NCBI GenBank assembly: GCA_903887775.1
Contig: CAISRB010000005.1
Span: 80,773-144,772, forward strand
Length of the DNA stretch: 64,000 bases
Source of the DNA: an uncultured Bacteroidales bacterium
Lineage (GTDB): Bacteria; Bacteroidota; Bacteroidia; Bacteroidales; FEN-979
Reading direction: 5' to 3'
Position numbers and translations under genes: made by a program. The notes beneath the pieces were generated by a model. It was not told the origin of the DNA, did no database searches, and worked only from the letters and a program-made list of their open reading frames with translations. Below are positions 38,370 to 48,500 of the stretch, in pieces. Every line of letters starts with the position of its first letter. Within the stretch, counting starts at the first letter, position 1.

Positions 38370-40517
38370 TTACTTTTCAGGATAATTGAACCGGTCGCCG
38401 GGGAAAAGCCCGAAACCTGCCTGGATTCCCGGGTACTTCTGTTTAATTAATTCTGCAAAGCCCTCACACTCTTTTGTATCGGCATGCATAGAGAGACAAA
38501 GCACCGGTTTCAGCTCCTCGATAGCGTATAAGTTCCCTCTTTTCACGGCCTCTGCATCGGGGAATCCGCAACCATTGACAGGGAAGAAGGCGATGTCGAC
38601 CTTTTTCTTCAATCCGGCAAGGTAGTCGATCTCGCTTTTATAATCCAATCCCAGCCCGTCCGACTTATTGACATGGTCGCCGGGATGATAAATGACAATC
38701 CCGTCGGTCTCGACCAGGAAGCCTTCGCCCGAATCGGTCGATTTTATCGCATGGATACGGACCCCTTCAACGGTCTTTTCGGAGCGGGGTTCGGTATACA
38801 CGTATTTGTACTGCCCCGGAGGATTAAATCCCATCACATAGCTTATCCCGGGATCCAGGGTATGCCATCCCCAGATAGCAGTATCATAATGATCCCCATG
38901 TTCATGGCTGACAAAGACCAGGACTTTTTTATCCTTCAGTTCCCCTGGCTGTATCCTTCCGTTAAGCAAGGAGGGCATATCGGGAACAGGGGTAAAAGGA
39001 ACATAATCAAAAATGATAAGGTGCTTCGAGGTTTCAATGGCAAAACCGCTGTGATTGAGATAATGGACAACCGCATTGCCCTTCACTATATCAGCCGGGA
39101 GAGTTTTCACAGCCTGTTTATTGCCATGGGTTTTGTTTCCCTTTCCGGCAAGAAGATCCGACATCCCGGAATTTCCGTACCAGGCAGAGTAAAAAGCAGC
39201 ATCATGTTTCATTTTATCTGTAATCGCGGGATCGGCCCCTTTTTCAAGAAGGGCTTTACCTATCTCCGAATGACCGTAAACTGCAGCATAATGCAGAGCC
39301 GTCTTCCCCGTATTATCCCTGGCATTCACCGGCACACCTTGTGCGATAAGGAAATTTACTACCGGCAGGTCACCCCTGACAGTGGCATGCTGCAGGGCAG
39401 TTTTTTGATCAGCATCGCAAGCCAGGATATCCGCACCATGCCCGGCCAGGAGGCTGACCATAGCCAGGCTGTCACTATCAACTGCCGTTAACAGCGGGGT
39501 TTGCCCTTCTTTCGTCCGGTGGTTCACATCGGCTCCTTTCGAAAGCAGGAGGAGGGTTAATTCCTTATTGTTGCTCATTACGGTCCAGAACAAGGCAGTG
39601 AACCCGTTGTTTTCCTGCGCATCAACATCAGCACCATGATTGAGCAGGAAGAGAGCGATTTCGGGTGACTCGGTCAGGCATGCCAGCTGGAGCATCGTAA
39701 AGTTCTCGCTGGGAAAGCGTTCATTGATCCCGACCCCGTTATCAAGCAGGAATTCTATTGATGATATTCTTTTCCCCATCATTGCCGACATCACGGGCGG
39801 GTAACCCTGGGAAGACATGAGCTTATAATCCAGGCCGTGATCCTGCAAGTATTTTAGCATGGTTTTATCGCCTCCGCCCATCGCAAAGTGCACTACATTG
39901 GCGCCGTTATTATCTTCGGCTTTCACGTCAAGGCCCTGACTGAGCAGGTAGCTGAACCCCGCAGTATCACCCACCATCGCTGCCATATGGAGCAAGCCTG
40001 CACCATCAGTGGTTTTTTCGCTAAGAATGTTTTTGTCCTTTTCAACAAACAACCTGAACACTTCAGGATTTTTTCCGTAAGAAACATAAAGCACCGGGGT
40101 CTTACCCCTCTGGTTCCTTAGCTTCCAGTCGGCTCCGTTGACCATCAGCATTTCGATCAGCTTATAATTACCTGTAAAAGCGGCCAGGTGAAGAGGGTTG
40201 CTCCCCAGGCGGTTGGTGGCATTGACCGGCGCTCCCATTTTAATCAGCAATGCCGCTATTTCAGGCTGGTTATCCCGGGCAGCAAGCACCAGGAGGGGTT
40301 CATCCATGGCAGGTTCTTTTGTGCTGATCAGGCCCGGGTCGGATGACAGGAGGGTGGCGACGAGTTGCAGATTCCCTATTTGAACCGCTTTGACTATGCG
40401 AAAAGCCGGGGTGTTTGTATCAGGCTGGTTGGTCTGTGCGGAACAGAGACCAGGAAAAACCAGCAAAAGCAGGAGATTTAGTATCACTGCCGGGAACATT
40501 ACAGACCTGTATTTCAT
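38370..40517 (-). CDS. Secreted ankyrin-repeat protein fused to an MBL-fold metallo-hydrolase domain
   Basis: 715 aa. Signal peptide (MFPAVILNLLLLLVFPGLCSAQ), then about 12 ankyrin repeats (GxxPLHLAAxxGxxxxxxxLLxxGAD pattern recurs), then a C-terminal ~250 aa with VFVSHEHGDHYD (HxHxDH) and later HPGDH / MHAD motifs. Confidence 0.8.
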   Translation of the reverse strand: MKYRSVMFPAVILNLLLLLVFPGLCSAQTNQPDTNTPAFRIVKAVQIGNLQLVATLLSSDPGLISTKEPAMDEPLLVLAARDNQPEIAALLIKMGAPVNATNRLGSNPLHLAAFTGNYKLIEMLMVNGADWKLRNQRGKTPVLYVSYGKNPEVFRLFVEKDKNILSEKTTDGAGLLHMAAMVGDTAGFSYLLSQGLDVKAEDNNGANVVHFAMGGGDKTMLKYLQDHGLDYKLMSSQGYPPVMSAMMGKRISSIEFLLDNGVGINERFPSENFTMLQLACLTESPEIALFLLNHGADVDAQENNGFTALFWTVMSNNKELTLLLLSKGADVNHRTKEGQTPLLTAVDSDSLAMVSLLAGHGADILACDADQKTALQHATVRGDLPVVNFLIAQGVPVNARDNTGKTALHYAAVYGHSEIGKALLEKGADPAITDKMKHDAAFYSAWYGNSGMSDLLAGKGNKTHGNKQAVKTLPADIVKGNAVVHYLNHSGFAIETSKHLIIFDYVPFTPVPDMPSLLNGRIQPGELKDKKVLVFVSHEHGDHYDTAIWGWHTLDPGISYVMGFNPPGQYKYVYTEPRSEKTVEGVRIHAIKSTDSGEGFLVETDGIVIYHPGDHVNKSDGLGLDYKSEIDYLAGLKKKVDIAFFPVNGCGFPDAEAVKRGNLYAIEELKPVLCLSMHADTKECEGFAELIKQKYPGIQAGFGLFPGDRFNYPEK

Positions 40518-40839
40518 ATGTTAATATTTATTGTTTTTAATAGGTCATATGGAATACCCATATTAACATTTCCGGTTTGTATGAACATTGTTCGTATGGA
40601 TATTTCATCATGAAAGTTTTTATAATCCATAAATTTATACCCTTCAACAGTGAAAAGCAAAATAAATCGGCAAAATCATGCTATTTAACGCTGAGTTCTC
40701 ATGACGGGATGGAGCTTGCTGATAATTATAAACAGGCAGCATCAGCATCTCATCTTTCAGCCTTCATCAGATGATATTTTTTCATATTTTTACAAGGATA
40801 AAAATTCAGGAACCGGGGTTTTTATTCCGGGGAAAGATT

Positions 40840-42063
40840 ATGAAGAAACTGTTCTTATTGTTTTTTACAGTTTTAATTTATAGTTCTGCAGTATCCCAAA
40901 TTGATTCTGTAACATACGGAATTTCGGCTTTGACTCAGGGTTCAGGGCTTTACCTTTCCAAAATCAATGCAACTGACGGAAGTGTTTCAAAAATATCCTC
41001 GAATGCAGTTGTCATGGTGCCTGGCGGATATGGCAGGACAATTGATCCCCTGCATCATGTGTTTTACTATATTCCTGGCACCGATTTACTGGCTTTTAAC
41101 CTGAATACGGGGGAACTGATCAGAAGGATCCCGATCACCAACTTCTTGAATTCAAGCTTTGAGGGTATCAGTTTTAACTACCTGGATTCGACGCTCTATG
41201 GGATTGCTGCGGATGTTGCAGGTTTGAATATCAAACTGGCAAAACTGGATCCCTACACCGGATCGGTAACGCTCATTTCAGACAGTTCCCTGGCCCCGGG
41301 ATACACTTTTTTATCAGGTTCCGCCCTTGATCCAGTTCATGGCATTTATTATTTTGAGACAGGTAAAAACCCTGCAAATCACCTGGTTGGGGTTGATATT
41401 CATTCAGGCAAACTGGTTTCCAGCTTTCCCATAGGGATTGATCCCGGTGACAGGTTTGGCCCGATGGAATATAATTGCCATGACTCAAGCCTGTACGGAC
41501 TGTCTGGCAATTACACTCATGGAAGAAAGCTCGCAAAGATCAATCCGTACAATGGTGCAGTTACTGTTATTTCACAGTTCAATGTTGCAGATACAATTCT
41601 TAATGAACCGGTAACAATTGATCCGTTTCAGCAGGTTTTTTATTTCGAAGCAACAGATCATACATACCGGGGTGTGGACCTGAATTCAGGCAATCTCGTG
41701 ACAATGTCCCTGATTACTCCTCCCCAGGGTTTGTACTTTACCGGATTCCTTTATAATCATGCCTGCTACGACCCTTCGGTCGTTTCTGCAGGTGAAGTCA
41801 AAACAGATCCGGGATTGACCATATTTCCAAATCCCGCATCCGATATATTAAATATCAGGTCTCCCACGCCTTTATTTAAGGTCGAAATCATCGATTTTAC
41901 GGGAAAACCAGTCTTTAATAAAAATTGCCAGGGATTGAAAGAAATTCAGGCAGATACCAGGGGCTTGCCGGAAGGTATTTATGTTGTGCGGATAAGCAAT
42001 GAAAGAACATGCGTATCGAGTGAATTTGTCAAGGTTAAGCCTGGCATGCATGCCGGGCATTGA
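40840..42063 (+). CDS. T9SS-sorted repeat (beta-propeller-like) protein
   Basis: Start at MKKLFLLFFTVLIYSSAVSQ (signal peptide). An internal repeat IDPxxxVFYY...L..xDLxTGxLV...PI recurs at least 4 times. The C-terminus LTIFPNPASDILNI...GIYVVRISNERTCVSSEFVKV is a T9SS CTD. Confidence 0.65.
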   Translation: MKKLFLLFFTVLIYSSAVSQIDSVTYGISALTQGSGLYLSKINATDGSVSKISSNAVVMVPGGYGRTIDPLHHVFYYIPGTDLLAFNLNTGELIRRIPITNFLNSSFEGISFNYLDSTLYGIAADVAGLNIKLAKLDPYTGSVTLISDSSLAPGYTFLSGSALDPVHGIYYFETGKNPANHLVGVDIHSGKLVSSFPIGIDPGDRFGPMEYNCHDSSLYGLSGNYTHGRKLAKINPYNGAVTVISQFNVADTILNEPVTIDPFQQVFYFEATDHTYRGVDLNSGNLVTMSLITPPQGLYFTGFLYNHACYDPSVVSAGEVKTDPGLTIFPNPASDILNIRSPTPLFKVEIIDFTGKPVFNKNCQGLKEIQADTRGLPEGIYVVRISNERTCVSSEFVKVKPGMHAGH

Positions 42064-42082
42064 ATGATCTTCAGAAAAAAAC

Positions 42083-43684
42083 ATGTACAGGCCGGTTCTG
42101 ATTATTGTTTTCATATTACTATGCGCTGGCAGACTCAGTTCGCAGGACATCAACTCAGCGTTCTGTGACATATTCAAAATCATCCCTTCCTGTCCGACAA
42201 ACCCTGTTGACAAGCCTGGTTATTATATTTTGCTTAACCAGGGATTCCAGAATCCTGCAAAATACTGGAATGTGAGTAAGCCCAACGACGATAAAGGCTG
42301 CGATTTTAATTTCATGAGAAACCAGGAGAATGTCACCTTCCCGTGCATGAAGGGCTCCCGGCCTGGTCTGCCGGTGCATTTTCAGGATGAGGATACTGAT
42401 AACGCCCGGAGTACATGTTATGCATACCTCTGGAACACTAACGTCCCGATAAATGATTGTCCTTATTCAATGGGTGAGATCAAAACGATGACCGTCGACA
42501 CTGCGAATCATATATTCAGGAGTTACTATTTCTACAGCAGCGGGTATATTGAAGCAAAAGTAAGGCAGCTGTACAGTTCGCCGGGGCAGGGCAGTGCCAT
42601 GTGGCTCTGGTGCGTCCTGGATTCGGATGACCCGACCATTGTTCATCCGAACATCCTGGATGGTAATGAGATCGATGTTTTCGAAACCCAGCCAAATGTC
42701 ACCAACAGTTTTAATTCCGGATATCACTGGAGGATAAATGAAAGCCTGGAGAGTGTGGAAAGTTATTACCGGATCCACATCATCCCGAACAGTTATACGG
42801 ACTGGACCGTTTTCGCCGTTCAGTGGAGCAGGGATAGTATAACCTGGTATGTGAATAACAAACAGGTTTCGAGGATGGTGATGAGCGATTACCCTTCAGG
42901 TTGCACATCAGGGAACCCCACTTCATTCTCACCCCCCGACGGCCCTTTTTGCATCAGGTTCAATTCAGGCCCGAATACAGTAGGCGATCACAACGCGGTA
43001 GTGCCGGCTACACTTCCAACCCATCTCGAGATCGAATACGTGAGGGTTTACAAACCCGAAGGGGAGAAGGCAGCTCCCATCACTTTTTTCTCGGGCGTCA
43101 GGAACCAGATCTGCATTTCAGAGACGTCATTCGAGACCTCGAACACTATTTTATCGGCTAACTACTATCCTGATGCTACATATTCCTGGTCCTCACCAGC
43201 CTTCGAAAGTGAGCCTTTTGATTTGCCGGGGCATCAGCCCCAGCATCATAGCGGGAAAGTGAAGATCTGGGTAAAGCCGGGTGTCAGCGGAAACCAGGCT
43301 TACCCGCTTATTCTCTCCACAACCCTTTTTTCCCATACTGAACAGGATACCGTCTGGTATTTTATTTCTGATACCGTACCCTCATTACCAACCGATGAAT
43401 TTCAGGCATTACGTATCGAAGGACCATTATGCCTTTATGAGGTCGTTCACCCGATTGAGAATTTGTCCACCACAGCCTGCGAATTTTTCAATGAAGATAC
43501 GCAATCCTGGCAGGAAGCATCCATCAGGACAATCAATAACATCAGGTATGCTTTTTTTGGCCAATATGAGCCTCAAACCTATACCAGTATTCAATGCCGT
43601 GAGAAAAATGCCTGCGGCTATTCAGATACAAGACATTCAGGGTTAACCATCCCCGTTCCACCCCCGGGAAGCTGTGGGTGGTGA
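42083..43684 (+). CDS. Glycoside hydrolase family 16 protein with uncharacterised C-terminal extension
   Basis: Signal peptide, then the GH16 catalytic motif NEIDVFE (ExDxxE) and WTVFAVQWSRDSITWYVNNKQV. The last ~200 aa have no motif I recognise. Confidence 0.75.
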   Translation: MYRPVLIIVFILLCAGRLSSQDINSAFCDIFKIIPSCPTNPVDKPGYYILLNQGFQNPAKYWNVSKPNDDKGCDFNFMRNQENVTFPCMKGSRPGLPVHFQDEDTDNARSTCYAYLWNTNVPINDCPYSMGEIKTMTVDTANHIFRSYYFYSSGYIEAKVRQLYSSPGQGSAMWLWCVLDSDDPTIVHPNILDGNEIDVFETQPNVTNSFNSGYHWRINESLESVESYYRIHIIPNSYTDWTVFAVQWSRDSITWYVNNKQVSRMVMSDYPSGCTSGNPTSFSPPDGPFCIRFNSGPNTVGDHNAVVPATLPTHLEIEYVRVYKPEGEKAAPITFFSGVRNQICISETSFETSNTILSANYYPDATYSWSSPAFESEPFDLPGHQPQHHSGKVKIWVKPGVSGNQAYPLILSTTLFSHTEQDTVWYFISDTVPSLPTDEFQALRIEGPLCLYEVVHPIENLSTTACEFFNEDTQSWQEASIRTINNIRYAFFGQYEPQTYTSIQCREKNACGYSDTRHSGLTIPVPPPGSCGW

Positions 43685-43772
43685 TGCCCGTTTGATTTCT
43701 GCGAAAGATCCCTGGTCATATCTTCCGAAAAAATATTTATTAACATTTTTGTTGAAGCGATAAAATAAGTCG

Positions 43773-43780
43773 TATTTTTG
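43773..43780 (+). promoter_or_regulatory. -7 promoter box (TATTTTTG) for the TetR gene
   Basis: Lies 25 nt upstream of the ATG at 43806 and is directly followed by operator-like palindrome 1. Confidence 0.55.
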
Positions 43781-43781
43781 C

Positions 43782-43799
43782 ATACCGAACGTTCAGTAT
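43782..43799. promoter_or_regulatory. Operator-like palindrome 1: ATACCGAACGTTCAGTAT
   Basis: The 9+9 half-sites match 8/9. It lies between the -7 box and the tetR ATG. Confidence 0.6.
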
Positions 43800-43805
43800 T
43801 TTATT

Positions 43806-44393
43806 ATGAAAGACACCAGGGATTTTATTATCGATGAAGCGTATAAGCTTTTCCTCAGCCACAGTTATGAGGCTGTTTCTATCAGCGTGATCAGCGAGGC
43901 GATTGGCTTTACGAAGGGAGCCCTGTACCATCATTTTAAAAATAAGGAGGAGCTGTTCCGCGCCGTGATCGACAAGCATTTCCCGGTCACCAGCATCATG
44001 GTAGATGTGGATAACACCAGTCTGAAGGAATACACGACCTTATGCATCGAACACACGCATAAGATACTGAAGGCGATTTTCGGGAATGAGAAAAAATTCA
44101 TCCTCGTCAATTACCTGTCGCTGATAGCTGATTGTTTCAGGCATTATGAAGGATTTACGGAAAATAAAGCCCATGTCATTGAAGATGCTGTGAAGAGTGC
44201 GGAAATCATTATAAGGAATGCAATCAAACAGGGTGAAGTCCGGAAGGATATCAATATACAGGTTGTGGCTCTCCAATACTTTTCCCTGAGTTTGGGGCTG
44301 GCGGGTGACCTGATCAGGACCAGTTCAGTCGAAACGGCCTTAACTTCGATGAAAGACCAGCTTAACCAGTTGTATTACCTGCTTAAAAAGTAA
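43806..44393 (+). CDS. TetR/AcrR-family transcriptional regulator
   Basis: 195 aa with the N-terminal HTH IIDEAYKLFLSHSYEAVSISVISEAIGFTKGALYHHFKNKEELF. Confidence 0.85.
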   Translation: MKDTRDFIIDEAYKLFLSHSYEAVSISVISEAIGFTKGALYHHFKNKEELFRAVIDKHFPVTSIMVDVDNTSLKEYTTLCIEHTHKILKAIFGNEKKFILVNYLSLIADCFRHYEGFTENKAHVIEDAVKSAEIIIRNAIKQGEVRKDINIQVVALQYFSLSLGLAGDLIRTSSVETALTSMKDQLNQLYYLLKK

Positions 44394-44411
44394 AAAATTT
44401 CATGACAGAAC

Positions 44412-44429
44412 ATACCATTCGTTTAGTAT
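44412..44429. promoter_or_regulatory. Operator-like site 2: ATACCATTCGTTTAGTAT
   Basis: Has the same ATACC-N8-AGTAT frame as site 1. It lies in the tetR-MFP intergenic region. Confidence 0.5.
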
Positions 44430-44434
44430 GTAAC

Positions 44435-44452
44435 ATACCAATCGTTCAGTAT
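44435..44452. promoter_or_regulatory. Operator-like site 3: ATACCAATCGTTCAGTAT
   Basis: Has the same frame as sites 1 and 2 and starts 23 nt after site 2. Confidence 0.5.
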
Positions 44453-44548
44453 CCGAACAGTACGGGATCCGGCGGAATACGGCCTGCCTATGACGCAGGG
44501 AAAAACACCGGCGGAGCAGCAAAGTCAATAACAATTAAACTAAGCAAT

Positions 44549-45580
44549 ATGAACAAGATGATCATTCCTGCGATAGCATTGTGTATGCTTATCGCATGCA
44601 ATCCCAGGCAGAACAACGACAGCCTTCCAGGGACAAAACAGATCCCTGTGACAACCGTCATCGTGAAACAGGAAAAGGTAGTTACGGCTTTAAGATACAG
44701 CGGGACCGTAGAAGCTTTTCAGACCATTCCCCTGACTTTTCAGACTACAGGGACTGTACAGGAAGTAATGGTGGGCGCCGGAGATATGGTATATAAAGGA
44801 GAACTCCTCGCCACCCTCGATCAGACCGATGCAAAGAGCATGTACGATATAACCCTTTCGCAATACCAGCAGGCAAAAGATGCCTATGACCGGCTAAAGA
44901 CGGTTCATGAGCAGGGAAGCCTGCCCGAGATCAAATGGGTTGAGATGGAATCAAAGCTTGAACAGGCGAAGTCCTCGCTTGAGCTTGCGAAGAACAACCT
45001 GGATAAATGCAAAATGTATGCACCCGTGAACGGAATGGTAGGCCGTCGCAACACAGAGCCGGGGATGTCGGCAATTTCCATTACTTCAGCTCCGCTGGAA
45101 CTGGTCGACATAAAGCAGGTGTATGTAAAAATATCGGTACCCGAAAACGAAGTAGCCAAGATCAGGAAAGGGATGAATGCAAGCGTCACAGTTTCGGCCC
45201 TGAATGGAAAAGAGTTTAAAGGAGAAGTAGCCAGTATAAGTGTGGTCGCCGACAGGATCTCCCGCACTTATGAAGCGAAGATACTTCTGCAGAATCCTCA
45301 GTTTATACTTAAACCGGGTATGGTCTGCGATGTGAAAATGGAAATCTCCATCGAAAAAGAATTGATCATAGTCCCTAACCAGAGTGTTTCGAAAGACAAT
45401 GAGAACAGGGTATATGTTTTCATTGTCGACCCGGCGGCAAAAAGGGCCAGGAAGCAGGTTATCATTCCCGGACAGTACCATGATTCAGGCCTGGAAGTAT
45501 TGTCGGGCCTGGCACCAGGACAAATGATCGTGAATGAGGGGAAAGAAAAATTGAGTGACAACAGTTTAATTTCCTTCTGA
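44549..45580 (+). CDS. Efflux RND periplasmic adaptor subunit (membrane fusion protein)
   Basis: Start at MNKMIIPAIALCMLIAC (lipoprotein signal). It has the barrel-sandwich, hairpin and beta-barrel pattern (GTVEAFQTIPLTFQTTGTV..., coiled coil, ...GMVCDVKM). The track start at 44402 runs across the operator sites and is rejected. Confidence 0.85.
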   Translation: MNKMIIPAIALCMLIACNPRQNNDSLPGTKQIPVTTVIVKQEKVVTALRYSGTVEAFQTIPLTFQTTGTVQEVMVGAGDMVYKGELLATLDQTDAKSMYDITLSQYQQAKDAYDRLKTVHEQGSLPEIKWVEMESKLEQAKSSLELAKNNLDKCKMYAPVNGMVGRRNTEPGMSAISITSAPLELVDIKQVYVKISVPENEVAKIRKGMNASVTVSALNGKEFKGEVASISVVADRISRTYEAKILLQNPQFILKPGMVCDVKMEISIEKELIIVPNQSVSKDNENRVYVFIVDPAAKRARKQVIIPGQYHDSGLEVLSGLAPGQMIVNEGKEKLSDNSLISF

Positions 45581-45581
45581 C

Positions 45582-48500
45582 ATGGAACCCAAGAGATTTA
45601 ACCTTATTGAAAAGGCAATGCGCAACAACAATATTGTTGTGATCATTGTGATGGCCATCATCATCGTGGGGGTCATCGCGCTGCTGAAAATGCCGCGCAA
45701 CGAATTCCCCCAGTTCACCATAAGGCAGGGGGTCATCGTTGGGGTTTACCCTGGGGCCACATCTGCAGAAGTCGAAAAACAGCTGACCTCGGTGGTCGAG
45801 AATTACCTTTTCAGTTACCAGGAAGTGAAGAAGGCGAAGACCTATTCCTGGTCCCGGGAAGGAATGATGTACATTTTCGTTGAACTGAACGATGACGTAA
45901 AGAATGCCGACCAGTTCTGGTCGAAGTTAAAGCACGGGCTTTCCGAGCTGAAGATGACCCTTCCTGCGGGGGTAGCCGCTTTGATCGCCAATTCAGACTT
46001 TGGTGATACTTCGGCACTTCTCATCACTTTGTCCTCCGACACAAAAAGCTATAAAGAACTGGAGGAACAGCTGAGAAGGCTCGAATCGGAATGCCGCAAG
46101 ATCCCGGCAACCTCGAAGATCAAGCACTTCGGCCTGCAGAAGGAAAAGATCTTTGTGAATGTAAAACCCGAATTGCTGAACGAATATAACATCAAGTCGC
46201 TGACATTGCTGGGCTCATACCAGGCTAATGGGATGGTGAGTTATGCCGGTAAGCTCGATGACGGCCGCAGTGTGATGCCGGTGCATTTTCCCCCGAATTT
46301 TGAATCAGAGAAAGACCTGGCCGAGCAGATCGTTTACTCCGACCCTGATGGCAACGTGGTGAGGCTGAAGAATATCGCAACCATCGAACGAAAGTATGAC
46401 AAACCCGATAATTTCATCCGCCAGAACGGGAAAAAAACGATACTGCTTTCGCTTGAGATGCAGCCGGGAAACAATATCGTGGCATATGGCAGGGATGTGG
46501 ACAAGGTCTTAGGTAATTTTAAAAAGCATCTTCCTGCCGGCATTGAAATCGCGAAGATATCGGAGTTGCCTAAGTATGTGAGCGATTCGGTGAATAATTT
46601 CCTGAAAGAATTCCTGATAGCCATAGTTGCCGTGATCCTGGTGACCCTGATCCTGCTGCCCCTGCGGGTGGCTTCTGTTGCAGGGATCACGGTCCCGATC
46701 TCTGTGATGATCACCCTGGCCATACTTTATTTTAATGGCATAGAACTGCATACGGTTTCACTCGCTTCGCTGATCCTGGTGCTGGGGATGATCGTCGACA
46801 ACTCTATTGTAGTCATCGACAACCATGTGGCAAAGATCGACATGGGCTTTTCGCCATGGCATGCAGCCATCAAAAGCGCCAGAGAGCTGGTCGCCCCTAT
46901 CATTGTCGCCACCCTTGCCATCTTAGCGGCGTACATCCCGCTTGCATATATGGTACCCGGGACAGCCGGTGAATTCATGAACACCATTCCCTGGGTTGTG
47001 ACCATTGCGTTGAGCGTTTCGGTACTCGTAGCCTTGTTCCTGGTCCCATACCTGAATTTCGTATTCATAAAAAAAGGACTGAAGAACGTGAATAAACCCG
47101 GTAAAAAATCCTTCCTCGATATTTTACAGGCCTGGTTCGACACCTCGCTTGACATGGCCTTCAGACATCCCAGGCTGGTCATCGCCATAGGAATAGCTTT
47201 TGTTATCCTGGCGGTTGGACTTTTCCAGCTTACCGACCAGCAGTTATTCCCCGAGATGGAGCGCAACCAGTTTGCCGTTGAAGTGTACCTTCCAACCGGT
47301 TCGTCACTGAAAGTCACAGAGAAGGTGGTTGACAGCCTGGAGGCTATCCTGCTGAAAGACAAGCGTGTGACCAATGTCACAACGTTTATCGGCACCAGTT
47401 CGCCCAGGTTCCATACCGTTTATGCGCCCCAGATGCCCGCCTCGAACTTCGGTCAGCTGCTGGTCAACACGAAATCGGAAAAGGCTACAAGGGCCATAGT
47501 GAACGAATACAGCCCGCGGTATTCCGATAATTTCATCAATGCCCATGTAAAATGGAAGGTACTGGCCTTGCAGCTCAACAAGGCTTCCATCGAGGTGCGC
47601 ATTTCTTCGGATTCAGTGAAAGACATCCGCAGTACGGAGAAAAAAGTAATGGAGATTCTTGCCAAAACGAAGGGAATCGCCTGGGTGCGCACCGACTGGG
47701 ACCAGCCCCGGCAGAACATTAATGTGAACCTTGACCGTGACAAGTCCAACCGCATGGGGTACTTTAAAAGCCTTGTGGCGACCTCGGTGATGATAGGGCT
47801 TGACGGCGTGCCGCTTACTACCATATGGGAGGATGACTACCCGGTGGATGTCGTGCTGAAGCAGGACCAGTCGTCCACACAAAATATTAAAACCCTTGAA
47901 GACCAGTATATCACCTCGCCCATGAGCTTTTCGGCCATTCCCCTGCGCTCGATGGCCAGTTTCACACCCTCATGGAGTGAAGGGACGATAGTAAGGCGCA
48001 ATGGCGTACCAACGCTCACAGTCATGGTCGATAATGAACAAAAAGCAGTAGCAGCCACGATCCTTGGCCATATCAAGCCACAGATCGAAAAGCTGAAACT
48101 GCCCGAAGGAACGTCGATCAGCTGGGGGGGAGATTACGAGGCTATGGAGGAAGTTTTCATCCCCATGGGAATTGCACTGGGGGTGAGCATACTGCTCATC
48201 TTTTTCATACTTCTCATCCAGTTCCGCAAAGCCAAGCTTGCCATCCTCATCATGAGCGGGATGCTGCTGACCCTTCCCGGGGCGGCGATAGGGATACTGA
48301 TCATGCACTACCCCTTCAGTGTTACAGCATTCATCGGCATCACGAGTTTATGCGGGATGGTGGTGAGGAACGGCATCATACTCATAGATTACGCCCGTGA
48401 ACTGCATGAGAAGCAGGGAATGAGCATCAAAGAGGCCGCCATTGCGGCAGGCAAGCGCAGGATGCGGCCCATTTTCCTCACTTCTGCAGCGGCAGGTGTG

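Noticed and set aside
40518-40569. 10-bp inverted repeat ATGTTAATAT / ATATTAACAT upstream of the ankyrin-MBL gene as an invertible-promoter signature
   Set aside because: The arms are short and AT-rich and only 32 nt apart, with no recombinase nearby. This is compatible with chance in AT-rich intergenic DNA.
44402-44548. N-terminal extension of the RND adaptor ORF
   Set aside because: The extension reads through two operator-like palindromes and lacks signal-peptide character. The internal MNKMIIPAIALCMLIAC lipoprotein start fits better.
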